A DNA stretch of 64,000 nucleotides. It comes from Elusimicrobiota bacterium (GTDB lineage: Bacteria; Elusimicrobiota; Elusimicrobia; UBA1565; UBA9628). The position numbers were made by a program, and so were the translations under genes. Position 1 is the stretch's first letter. Each line of letters begins with the position of its first letter. The stretch covers positions 8,980 through 72,979 of the forward strand of contig JANRKA010000071.1 of the NCBI GenBank assembly GCA_033875325.1, written 5' to 3'. Positions 21,677 through 32,586 of the stretch are shown in pieces. The notes beneath the pieces are model-generated. The model saw nothing but the letters and a program-made list of their open reading frames with translations. It did not search any database and was not told the DNA's origin.

Positions 21677-22933
21677 ATGGAAGAAGACAAGTCCAAGACC
21701 TTCTCTCCGTCCAAGCTCTCCACCTACCAGAACTGCCCCAAGAAGTACCAGTTCCGGTACGTGGACCGCATCTCGCGCAAGCGCAAGACGCCCGAGACCG
21801 TGGTCGGCGTCGCGGTGCACGCGGCGTTCGAGGAGCTGCACGGCCTGGTCAACGGCGGGAAGGTCCCGACCTTGGCCGAGACCCAGGCGACCTTCGAGGC
21901 GGAGTTGGCCAAGGAATGGGACGACACGGTCAAGCTCCGCGACGAGCGCTTCACCAAGGACGACTGGCGGCGCGTCGGGCTCGACTGCGTCAAGAACTAC
22001 TACGACGCCGGTTTCCCCTTCGACCGGGACAAAACCGTCGCCGTGGAGAAACGCGTGGGTTTCCCCATCGACACGGAGGAGGGGGAGTACCGCATCGAGG
22101 GCTTCGTGGACCGGCTCGTGCTGGCCAAGGACGGCGCCTTCGAGATCCACGACTACAAAACCGCCAAGACCTTGCCCACGCAGGCCGACATGGACGAGGA
22201 CTGGCAGCTCGCCCTCTATGAGCTGGCCATCCGGCACGATTGGCCCGACACCAAGGAGGTGCGCCTGCGCTGGCACTTCGTGCGCCACGGCAAGGTCATC
22301 ACCTCCGTGCGCGACGCGGCCGCGCGCGAGAAGCTGCGCGCCGACGCGGCGGCCCTCATCGCGGCCATCAAGCGCGACCACGATTTCAAGCCGGTCGTCA
22401 CGGCGCTGTGCGACTGGTGCGAATACAAGGACCTATGCCCGGAGTTCGCCCACCCGGAGAAGGTCGCGGCCCTGCCGTCGGAGGAGCGCCGCAAGGACGA
22501 CGGAGTGAAGCTGGCCGACGCGTTCGCGGAGATCGAGGGCCGGCGCAAGAAGCTCAACGGCGAGCTCAAGGCCGCCGGCATCGAGAAGGAGCGCCTGGAG
22601 AAGCGGCTGGCGGCGTGGGCCGAGGAGCACGGCGTCGTCACGGTCGCGGGCACCGACGCGGAGGTGCACCTCACGCTGAAGGACGAGGTCGAGCTGCCCA
22701 CGAAGTCGCGCGAGCCGGAGCGGCACGACGAATTGGAGAAGGCGGCGCGCGCCCTGCCGCTGTGGGACGCCGTCGCGAAGCTCGACGGGCACGCCCTCGT
22801 GGAGGGCGTCAAGGCCAAGCGTTGGGCGGGCGACCTGCTGACGGCGGCCGAGGCGCTCCTGGAGCGCTACGGCAGGCGCGTCGTCAAGACGACGGCGCGG
22901 TTGCGCCGCCGCAAGGACGCCGACGAGGAGTAA
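21677..22933 (+). CDS. PD-(D/E)xK nuclease family protein with Cas4/AddB-type Fe-S cysteine cluster
   Basis: The N-terminal 'SPSKLSTYQNCPKKYQFRYV' and C-terminal 'CDWCEYKDLCPEF' give the C…CxxCx5C arrangement. Confidence 0.65.
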   Translation: MEEDKSKTFSPSKLSTYQNCPKKYQFRYVDRISRKRKTPETVVGVAVHAAFEELHGLVNGGKVPTLAETQATFEAELAKEWDDTVKLRDERFTKDDWRRVGLDCVKNYYDAGFPFDRDKTVAVEKRVGFPIDTEEGEYRIEGFVDRLVLAKDGAFEIHDYKTAKTLPTQADMDEDWQLALYELAIRHDWPDTKEVRLRWHFVRHGKVITSVRDAAAREKLRADAAALIAAIKRDHDFKPVVTALCDWCEYKDLCPEFAHPEKVAALPSEERRKDDGVKLADAFAEIEGRRKKLNGELKAAGIEKERLEKRLAAWAEEHGVVTVAGTDAEVHLTLKDEVELPTKSREPERHDELEKAARALPLWDAVAKLDGHALVEGVKAKRWAGDLLTAAEALLERYGRRVVKTTARLRRRKDADEE

Positions 22934-23307
22934 TCCCCGCCGTCAGTCGTAGCCGCCGCTGGACCCGTTGGAGCCGATGTTGAGCTGGGCCGCCAGGCTC
23001 GACCAGTCCATCTTGATGCGGTCGTGCTGGGCTTCCAGCTCGTGCCATCCCCGGTCGAACTCGACCGGCCGCTCCTTCCCGTGTTTGCGGCCCGTTCCCT
23101 TCTTCACGCGTGTCGGCGCTGTTTTCTTCATGGGGGCCTCTTCTCGCAGTATAGCCCCGACCCTCTTTTTCGTCAACGGGAAAGTGCCCCGGAGGACCCA
23201 TAAAAAAAGTGGGCCGGACCCATGTTTTTTATGGGCCCAATGGCCCCGCCTCATGCTAGAATCCGAGCGTCGTCACATGGCCGTCACATCGGGCACGAGA
23301 GGATGAA

Positions 23308-24522
<1,215 letters not shown>

Positions 24523-24677
24523 GCCTACGCGCCCTCTGGGGCGAAGGACCTATGGCATAGGTCCTTGGACCTATACGCATCTAGGCCCAATGCCCCATGG
24601 TGAAACTAGGTCTTTCAGTTAAAACCTGGTAGGTCTTCGGTGAAAGACCGGTAAGACGCAAGGGGAGGACGAAAGAG

Positions 24678-25958
<1,281 letters not shown>

Positions 25959-25978
25959 TCGGGCGCGCCGTCCGAAGG

Positions 25979-26016
25979 CCCCGGCCGACTCCCCTCGGCC
26001 GGGGCCGCTTTTTTGT
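25979..26016 (+). terminator. intrinsic terminator after second S8 protease
   Basis: A GC hairpin GGCCCCGGCCGA…TCGGCCGGGGCC is followed by TTTTTT. Confidence 0.7.
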
Positions 26017-26027
26017 ACCTTAGCCCC

Positions 26028-26948
26028 ATGGCCGCGCTCGACACGCTGTTCATCCTCAACCCCGCGGCCGGGCATGGGCGGGCGGGGGGGCGTTGGCGCG
26101 ACGCCTACGAACGCGTGAAGGGCCGCGCGGGGGCGCACCGCGTCGTGGAGACGGAGCGTCCCGGGCACGGCCGCGAGCTGGCCCGGGCCGCGTTCGAGGA
26201 CGGCGCGCGCCTCGTGGTCGCGGTCGGGGGCGACGGGACCGTCGGCGAGGTCGTGGACGGGCTGCTCGCCGCCTCGGCCGGCGCGCGCGCCAACGCGGCC
26301 ATGGCCACTTTCCCGGCCGGCTCCGGCTGCGACTTCGCGGGTCACGCGCGCATCCCGCGCGACCCGGCGGCCTGGGCCGACGCCTTCGCCTCGGGCACGG
26401 TCAAGCGCCTGGACGCCGGACGCGCGACCTTCCGAGTCGGCGGCGTCGAGCGCGTGCGCCACTTCCTCAACATGGCCGCCGCCGGCCTGCCCGGCGACGT
26501 CGCCTTGGCCGTGGAGAAACGCGGCAAACCGCTGGGCGGGACCTTGACCTACCTGTTGGAGGGCGCGCTCGCCGCGACGCTCTCGCGCGCCCGCCGCATG
26601 CGTCTGACGCTCGACGGCAAACCCGAGGAAGGCGACTTCCACCTCTTCACCGCGGCCAACACCAGCACCTTCGGCGGGGGCATGAAGGTCGCTCCCGACG
26701 CCGACACGGCCGACGGCCTGCTCGACATCGTGACCATCGGCGCCATGTCCAACGCGTCCCTGCTCGCGCTGCTGCCGAAGGCGCATTCCGGAGGCCACGT
26801 CGGCAAGCCGGGCGTCTCCATCCGCCGCGCGCGGCGCGTGGAGCTGTCCGGACCCGAGCGTTTGCCGCTCAACATCGACGGCGACGCCGAGGGCGAGGCG
26901 CCCGCCGTGTTCGAGGCCCTGCCCGGCGTCCTGCCCTTCCGTTATTAA
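26028..26948 (+). CDS. diacylglycerol/lipid kinase catalytic-domain protein (YegS/BmrU family)
   Basis: It has 'LFILNPAAGHGRAG' and 'VVAVGGDGTVGEVV'. An alternative TTG start lies at 26013. Confidence 0.75.
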   Translation: MAALDTLFILNPAAGHGRAGGRWRDAYERVKGRAGAHRVVETERPGHGRELARAAFEDGARLVVAVGGDGTVGEVVDGLLAASAGARANAAMATFPAGSGCDFAGHARIPRDPAAWADAFASGTVKRLDAGRATFRVGGVERVRHFLNMAAAGLPGDVALAVEKRGKPLGGTLTYLLEGALAATLSRARRMRLTLDGKPEEGDFHLFTAANTSTFGGGMKVAPDADTADGLLDIVTIGAMSNASLLALLPKAHSGGHVGKPGVSIRRARRVELSGPERLPLNIDGDAEGEAPAVFEALPGVLPFRY

Positions 26949-27036
26949 GCTGGGGGACAGGCACCCAGCTTAACAGACCTGTCCCACAACTTAAGGGGAC
27001 TGTCCCCGTAAGCTGGGTGCCTGTCCCCTAGCTTAC
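26947..27036. repeat. cluster of three palindromic elements sharing core GGGGACAG/CTGTCCCC between convergent genes (probable bidirectional terminator / REP-like)
   Basis: AAGCTGGG-GGACAGGCA-CCCAGCTT is at 26947-26971. The palindrome GGGGACTGTCCCC is at 26995-27007. The inverted copy GTAAGCTGGGTGCCTGTCCCCTAGCTTAC is at 27008-27036. They overlap the stop codons of dagK-like (+) and cupin (-). Confidence 0.55.
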
Positions 27037-27482
27037 TTGGGGAGGTCGGCGGGTTTGGAGTCGTAGGGGCCGTCGAAGGCGATGAGGAACTCCGCGCCGC
27101 CCCAGCCGCCGGTGGACAGGGAAAAGGCGGTCCCCGCCGGGATGAGGGCGTAGTCGCCGGCCTTCAGCGTCTCGGCGCGCGTCCCGAAGTCCAAGGTGAG
27201 CTTGCCTTTGAGGACGAGGAAGGTCTCGTGGCGGGAGTGGGTGTGCGGGGGGATGTGATACCCCTTGGGCACGCGCACCAGGGCCTGGACGGCGTGTGTC
27301 GCGGGGTCCTCCCAGACCAAGTGGTACTCCGCGCCGGGCGGCAGGGACCCGGAAGCCGCGAAACGCTGCTCGCCCGAGCGGCGCACCACGGGGCCCGCGG
27401 CGGCGCCGTCGGCGGGCGCGGACTGGGCCGCGGCGAGGGCCGCGTGAAGGGCGACGGCGACGACGAAGAGGGCGCGCCGCAT
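27033..27482 (-). CDS. secreted cupin-domain protein
   Basis: The start is MRRALFVVAVALHAALAAAQ, a signal peptide. The cupin motifs are 'HTHSRHETFLVLKG' and 'GDYALIPAG'. Confidence 0.6.
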   Translation of the reverse strand: MRRALFVVAVALHAALAAAQSAPADGAAAGPVVRRSGEQRFAASGSLPPGAEYHLVWEDPATHAVQALVRVPKGYHIPPHTHSRHETFLVLKGKLTLDFGTRAETLKAGDYALIPAGTAFSLSTGGWGGAEFLIAFDGPYDSKPADLPK

Positions 27483-27487
27483 CAAAA

Positions 27488-27532
27488 TGGTGGCGGGGGA
27501 CAGGATCGAACTGTCGACACCCGGTTTTTCAG
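27488..27532 (-). pseudogene. orphan 45-nt copy of tRNA-Phe 3' exon (anticodon loop to CCA), diverged direct repeat
   Basis: The RNA-sense sequence is CTGAAAAACCGGGTGTCGACAGTTCGATCCTGTCCCCCGCCACCA. This aligns to the 27703-27747 exon with 5 substitutions. No matching 5' half lies upstream. Confidence 0.6.
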
Positions 27533-27702
27533 ACTGGACTACATTTGGGAATGGTCGGACGAAAAAACATCTGTTTTTCCGTCGCTTTTCGATACTCAAA
27601 ACGGTCAAAAACGACCACTTCCAACGAATTTTTGTCGAGATGTGTGTCGAGATGAGCCCTTTTTCAGGGCCCATCCCGACATCACGCGACGGCTTTCAAA
27701 GA

Positions 27703-28021
27703 TGGTGGCGAGGGCCAGGATTGAACTGGCGACACCCGGTTTTTCAGCGTTTTGTTACCGCTCCACGCGGAGCAGGGCCGACCTTCCGACCTCTTCACGT
27801 TACCGTGAAGACCAGACTATATCTTCCGCTTCGAGAGCGGTTAGGCGTGTAGTCGTTACGGGTTCCCCGAGGTTTACGCTCCTCGAGGCCTTCCCTCGGT
27901 ATTGTCCTCCCAGCTCTCGCCGGGGTGGGAGTTCCACCGATATAGCCTAATGCAATTCCCGCCGTCGCCGGCGGGAGGGGCCGATTTGTTGACCGGTGCT
28001 CTACCACTGAGCTACCTCGCC
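27703..28021 (-). tRNA. tRNA-Phe(GAA) interrupted by a group I intron (5' exon 27992-28021, 3' exon 27703-27747)
   Basis: Joining the exons gives GGCGAGGTAGCTCAGTGGTAGAGCACCGGT|CTGAAAAACCGGGTGTCGCCAGTTCAATCCTGGCCCTCGCCACCA. This is a canonical cloverleaf. The anticodon loop CUGAAAA gives anticodon GAA. The variable loop GUGUC and the overall layout match E. coli tRNA-Phe. Confidence 0.8.
27748..27991 (-). ncRNA. group I intron (IC3-like) inserted between tRNA positions 31 and 32
   Basis: The 244-nt insert carries the conserved catalytic core 'GACUACACG' (R/P7 5') and 'AAGAUAUAGUC' (S/P7 3'). The 5' exon ends in U and the intron ends in G (omega-G). A candidate IGS GCCGG can pair with exon CCGGU to form a U•G wobble. 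Confidence 0.7.
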
Positions 28022-28103
28022 ACGGACTTACTTGGTAGAACAACGAGATTATGCCACATTCCCGGCTAGGTGGCAATGTAGACGAGATTCTGCGGGCGCG
28101 AGC

Positions 28104-29210
28104 TTAGGCGGCTAACACGCGAAGGAGGCTGCCGTCCTCGGCGACATGCAGCAGCTTGTTCGGTTGGGCGTGGGCCTTGAGCGGGATATCGAGCAGCTTT
28201 TCGAACTCCCACTTGTTCAGCGCTTCCACGACCGCCGCGTCGAGCCCGAACTCGAGACTGAGGGGGTGGTGGGGCTCCCATTCGGGCCGGCGCTCCGGCT
28301 TGCCAGGCGCCTCCAATCGGAGCGGGCCAATCTGTTTGATCAAGTCCGCCGTCTCGCCGTATTCGTCCCGCAGGAACGTCCTTCCTTCGTGCTGGATCTC
28401 GCCCTGAAACTTCGGCATCTTTTCCACGACAGGCCCCGGAATCCATTTCTTGGTTCGGACGATCTCGGAGCTTCTGCGCTCGATGGCGCTGGCGAGAGTC
28501 GCCATGCCCGCAAGGGCTGCCGCGCTTCGGTAATGCCGCGCGAGCTGTAGATAGCGTTCCTCAGTCGACGGCGGCTTCAGGTCCTCGTCCCCCGGGGGAT
28601 CGAAGATGAAGAGCTCGACCGGCGGCCCATCGTTCGGCAGAGAGGAAATCACGCCGTACTTGTAGTTGGCGACATGCGCGGCCTTCTTGGCAGCGAGGTC
28701 TTTGGAGGCGCCGCGCACCTGCGAGCGTCTGCTCCGTCCCCGCGCCTCATAGACGGCGGTGAAGCCTCGTGAAACCACGCGGAAGTCGCATCGCTTGCTC
28801 GTGGTGGTAATTCGGGTGATCTCCGCGAGCTTGACCGAGAGAGCCTTGCACATCGTCAAGGTCGCCAGCCCGACGCCGAGCACCTGGGAGACCGCCCCCG
28901 TCCACTCGTGATCGCCAGACGCTCTCAGATGCAGGGCCTCCGTGCCCGCGTCTCGATACATGGTTCCAGCGAGGTCATCGAAGGCCCGGACTATTCGCCG
29001 GGCGGGCCCGCAGTCGCGGATGAGATAATGAACGGAGGCGTAGTGGATCAGGGCGATGGGGCGAATCGTGATTCCGGTTCGCACAAGATTCCTGAGCACT
29101 CCACTGTGCGGGTAGCTGTTCGTGGCACAGGAGCCATCGCCGTCTCGCACGGGAATAGAACATTCCGCGAATAGGTCCCTGATGAAGCCGGGAATGCCTG
29201 AGTACAGCAT
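28104..29210 (-). CDS. hypothetical 368-aa protein (no recognisable domain), first gene of a 3-gene minus-strand cassette
   Basis: It is a long ORF with good codon usage and lies next to the tRNA. It contains an Rx4H stretch (RASGDH). Confidence 0.4.
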   Translation of the reverse strand: MLYSGIPGFIRDLFAECSIPVRDGDGSCATNSYPHSGVLRNLVRTGITIRPIALIHYASVHYLIRDCGPARRIVRAFDDLAGTMYRDAGTEALHLRASGDHEWTGAVSQVLGVGLATLTMCKALSVKLAEITRITTTSKRCDFRVVSRGFTAVYEARGRSRRSQVRGASKDLAAKKAAHVANYKYGVISSLPNDGPPVELFIFDPPGDEDLKPPSTEERYLQLARHYRSAAALAGMATLASAIERRSSEIVRTKKWIPGPVVEKMPKFQGEIQHEGRTFLRDEYGETADLIKQIGPLRLEAPGKPERRPEWEPHHPLSLEFGLDAAVVEALNKWEFEKLLDIPLKAHAQPNKLLHVAEDGSLLRVLAA

Positions 29211-29648
29211 CTACCGCGCTTCGAGCCGCCAACGTGCCTCGCGTTTGCCGAGGCTCCGCACCGCGATCAGCGCCGCGCGGTTCTTGTCGCGAGGCCTGGA
29301 GCGGCCGCCTTCCCAGGCCGAAACCGCTCCCGCGCTCGCTCCCACCAGCTTTCCAAAAGCCTCTCGTGAAAGACCCAGGCGGGCACGCTGCGAGCGGATC
29401 AAGTGAGGCCCGAGGTGCGCGTTCTTCACCTCTGCTCCCGAGGCGGTGGGGGGCGCAGTCATGCGCGCTCTATAGTCGGTCTGGAGCTTGGCGTTGTCTC
29501 GCCGCAGTTGGTCCGTGGTCCGGGACAGCTCCGCGACCTTGTGCTTGAGGGCGATGACATCCTTCCTGAGCTTGGCGTCTGCTTGGCGCGACACTCGGCG
29601 GGCCAATCGCTGGATTTCTTCTCTAAGAACCGCACCGATGTTGGGCAT
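29211..29648 (-). CDS. XRE-family helix-turn-helix protein with N-terminal coiled coil
   Basis: 'IRSQRARLGLSREAFGKLVGASAGAVSAWEGG' is an HTH_XRE. The N-terminal 60 aa show a heptad-like pattern. The stop abuts the start of the 368-aa gene. Confidence 0.55.
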   Translation of the reverse strand: MPNIGAVLREEIQRLARRVSRQADAKLRKDVIALKHKVAELSRTTDQLRRDNAKLQTDYRARMTAPPTASGAEVKNAHLGPHLIRSQRARLGLSREAFGKLVGASAGAVSAWEGGRSRPRDKNRAALIAVRSLGKREARWRLEAR

Positions 29649-29658
29649 GTCGTCCCTC

Positions 29659-30087
29659 CTAAAACTTCGTCGCGCAAACGAACGCGCCGATTCCGATGAA
29701 AAGAAGCACCGCCGCGCTGCATGCGTAATCCGCCGCGGTGTACCAGCACTCCGCCTTGCCCATTTCCGCGAATCGAGCGTCGAGCTCCTTCATCTGATCG
29801 TCGGCTGGGTCTTTACGCTCATGTTTGCCGAGCCATCGGCTCCAATGACGCAGGGATTTCGCTTGGTGCTGGCTTCCGAGATAATGCGCGAGCTGCTGGA
29901 CCAGGCAGGCACAGATAGGGACGAAGAACAGGCGCGCCATTCCTCGCAGCGAGGCTTCTTTCCCCAGCTCGTATAGCGCTCCGGTCGAAAGGCCGATGAC
30001 CGTTGTCATCAGCGCTAAGCCGACGCCGCGGTAGCGTTCGTGGGCCTGCTCGGCTTTCTCCGATTCGGCTTCGGTATCTAGTGCCAT
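29659..30087 (-). CDS. small membrane protein (2 predicted TM helices)
   Basis: It is 142 aa. Hydrophobic segments are 'GVGLALMTTVIGLSTGAL' and 'AAVLLFIGIGAFVCA'. Confidence 0.4.
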   Translation of the reverse strand: MALDTEAESEKAEQAHERYRGVGLALMTTVIGLSTGALYELGKEASLRGMARLFFVPICACLVQQLAHYLGSQHQAKSLRHWSRWLGKHERKDPADDQMKELDARFAEMGKAECWYTAADYACSAAVLLFIGIGAFVCATKF

Positions 30088-30091
30088 CGTT

Positions 30092-31627
30092 TCAAGGTTT
30101 CAGCTTCAGTCGTTTGATCCGCGGCACGAAGATCTCATGGAAGCGTTCGAGGGAATGGAGCATCCATTCGTACGCCTGGGGCCATGCCGCCCGGTCGAGG
30201 AGCTTGCCGTCGAAATGGGTCTGGATCTGGCTTTCCTTCTTCGTGGGGAGCGGCTCCCAGCGTAGAGGAGCGCCGAATTCCTTATCGATCGCCGCCTTCT
30301 CCGTCTTCAGCAGCTCGTAGTTCTTCTTGCGATCCGGACCCTTGATCGCGATGTAGACGGCGAGCCGGTTCTGGCTCGCGATGGCGACGTAAAGGAAACC
30401 CCCGGTGTTGATCGTCATCCAGCCCTTCGGGCGCGGGACTGGATAGCGTAGTTTGCTGCCGGCTTTCTCCGCGTAGTTGCGGAAGCCGCTCCAGAAGTCG
30501 AACTGCAGTTTCGTGACGCCGCCCGCCCCGTTGGTCGACGCGCGCCCCGGCAGCGCCTCGTCCAGGTAAGGCTTCAGGACCTCGATGAAGCGGTGGATGC
30601 GTCCGGCGATGAATTCCGGGTCATCGGGCACCGTCTCGTAGAGACAACTCGAAGGATGATCCTCCCAGGAAACTTTGTCGCCGAGGGCCTCCTCGATTTC
30701 GCGCCGGTGGGCGGTGAGCAGGGTCTTGAGCGCGCGGTTATGGCGAGGCTGGCAGTTGGTGTGTACCTGGAACGTGCGATCCGCGGGGTCGTAGTAGAGA
30801 GAGATACCCTCATAGATGGTCTTCCAGCGCGAGAAGACGCCTTGAACATACTGCTTGCTCCTGTGGAGCCTCCAGCCCTCGCCGGCGGGGCAGTCATCCT
30901 TTAACATTCCCTCCACGCCGTCGAGCAGCTTGGAAAAGCGTTCCTTCACGTCCGCAGGCACGTTTGCTGCTTCCCCATCCTCATTCTCGTCGTCTTCCTT
31001 TGCGGACTGTGCCGGCCGCGCGGAGTCGTGCAGGGGGTTTATCAGCAGGTATTCATCGTTCGTCGTCGTGACGAAATTTGAGAACTGCAGGACGCGGCAG
31101 TCGAATCGAAGGCCGCTGATCTGGGTGATGAAGTCGGAGTCGAAGTCTTCCGCCACTACGACGCCGACCTGTTCGTCGTTGAAGTCTGGTACGTGAGTGA
31201 CCTTGAAGTGCTCCTTGAAGCGTCGCACGAGGTTGTTGACTTCGCGGTCGAAGGGGATGAGGTTCGCCTTGCGCGCGAGCTCGCCGTCGGACCACCCGCT
31301 GATCGCGGTGAGGTAGTCGTTGAGCTGGGCGACGGTATCGCGGGGAGCCCTCCCGCGCTTCAATTCGATCACGACGACGCGGCCGTGCTGGTCGAGAGCG
31401 AGCAGATCGATGAACGCGCCGCGATCGGTCTTCACCTGCCGGCCGATGAGGAGGATGTCGTCGCCGAGCAGATGCGGATTGGCGCCGAGCCAGTCCTCGA
31501 GGTTCTTCTCCAGGCGCTCGAAGCCGAACTGCCTCTTCTGGATCGGCTGGAACACCCCGGCGTCCGACTTGAACAGCTTCATCGTCATGTTACAAGGATG
31601 ATACCAAGCACGGTCCAGCGAGTCCAC
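30092..31627 (-). CDS. NucS/DUF91-like PD-(D/E)xK nuclease fused to C-terminal DUF4268-like domain
   Basis: It has 'GAFIDLLALDQHGRVVVIELKRG', the D…ExK nuclease core. The C-terminal region is 'GWMTINTGGFLYVAIA…YIAIKGP'. An alternative start at Met14 (31588) overlaps, as ATGA, a small upstream ORF. Confidence 0.6.
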   Translation of the reverse strand: MDSLDRAWYHPCNMTMKLFKSDAGVFQPIQKRQFGFERLEKNLEDWLGANPHLLGDDILLIGRQVKTDRGAFIDLLALDQHGRVVVIELKRGRAPRDTVAQLNDYLTAISGWSDGELARKANLIPFDREVNNLVRRFKEHFKVTHVPDFNDEQVGVVVAEDFDSDFITQISGLRFDCRVLQFSNFVTTTNDEYLLINPLHDSARPAQSAKEDDENEDGEAANVPADVKERFSKLLDGVEGMLKDDCPAGEGWRLHRSKQYVQGVFSRWKTIYEGISLYYDPADRTFQVHTNCQPRHNRALKTLLTAHRREIEEALGDKVSWEDHPSSCLYETVPDDPEFIAGRIHRFIEVLKPYLDEALPGRASTNGAGGVTKLQFDFWSGFRNYAEKAGSKLRYPVPRPKGWMTINTGGFLYVAIASQNRLAVYIAIKGPDRKKNYELLKTEKAAIDKEFGAPLRWEPLPTKKESQIQTHFDGKLLDRAAWPQAYEWMLHSLERFHEIFVPRIKRLKLKP

Positions 31628-31712
31628 GGCGGGTCGGTCCGCGGGCGCTCCACCCCGTTGGGGTCCTGAACGAAGGAAGTGCTTTTCCCGGCTGCCGACA
31701 TAACGCAGGTCT

Positions 31713-31989
31713 TATTTTTCATAACCACCTCCCGCTCAGCCGGCCAGGAGTGAGCGGCGCCGCGCCTGCGGCATAAACGGTCACCCCCGCCGACGATCGG
31801 GAAATTCGGCCCAACCCCCGCCGTGCCCCAAATTGCCCGACAGCGCGCTCCGCGCGGCCGCCAGCTCGGCTGCGCCGGGGGCGGTCGCCAGGTGGGGACC
31901 CACCATTTATTCCTCATCGCGGCGCCGCTCCTCGGCCGCCTTCGACCCTTCGGGCGTTCGGAGGTGGTTATGAAAAATAAGACCTGCGT
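31713..31989. repeat. perfect 30-bp inverted repeat pair bracketing a 217-bp leader; the right copy contains the RBS+ATG+6 codons of the JAB gene
   Basis: 31713-31742 is ACGCAGGTCTTATTTTTCATAACCACCTCC. It is the exact reverse complement of 31960-31989, GGAGGTGGTTATGAAAAATAAGACCTGCGT. Confidence 0.7.
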
Positions 31990-32518
31990 GAAAGTCGTAA
32001 CGGACGGCAAGACGGACACGGCGCCGGTAGCTGGTGAGTCTCTGGCCACGGAAGCCATGAAGCGTTCGAGGGTGCCTCTCTACCGGGTGATGCTCGACCG
32101 GACGGGCTCTATCCTCAAGGAGGGGACGGCATTCGTCACGGAGCCGCGAGAGGCTGCGCGGTTGTTCCGTGAGTTCATCGGGGACGCACCGCAGGAGCAC
32201 TTCTGTCTGATGGTGCTCGACGCGAGAAAGCGGGTCATCGGAATCAACGAGGTCAGCGTAGGGACGCTCTCCGCGTCCTTGGTGCATCCGCGAGAGGTCT
32301 TCCGGGCGGCCATCCTGCTCAACGGCGCGGCCGTCGTGGTGGCGCACAACCACCCGAGCGGCGACCCGGCTCCTTCCCCGGAGGACCGCGAGGCGACCCG
32401 ACGGCTCCAACGCGCGGGAGAAATCCTCGGCATTCCCGTCGCGGACCACATCGTGCTGGGAGAGGGCGAAGGAGCCTCCCTACGCTTCTTCAGCTTCCGC
32501 GACGGCGGGTTGCTCTAG
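31970..32518 (+). CDS. RadC-like JAB/MPN domain protein (DUF2466)
   Basis: It has 'VVAHNHPSGDPAPSPEDREATRRL', the HNHPSG JAMM-like motif. Confidence 0.8.
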   Translation: MKNKTCVKVVTDGKTDTAPVAGESLATEAMKRSRVPLYRVMLDRTGSILKEGTAFVTEPREAARLFREFIGDAPQEHFCLMVLDARKRVIGINEVSVGTLSASLVHPREVFRAAILLNGAAVVVAHNHPSGDPAPSPEDREATRRLQRAGEILGIPVADHIVLGEGEGASLRFFSFRDGGLL

Positions 32519-32586
32519 GGCGTCCACGCCGCCGCCCTGGGGCGACCCGGGGCGGTCCGTGGGCGCCTTAGCCCAAGGAGAACACC

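Noticed and set aside
27533-27702. Possibility that the first tRNA-like segment at 27488 is a second complete tRNA
   Set aside because: No D-arm or 5' acceptor strand (GGCGGGG…) exists within 300 bp upstream on the minus strand. Only the 45-nt 3' portion is present.
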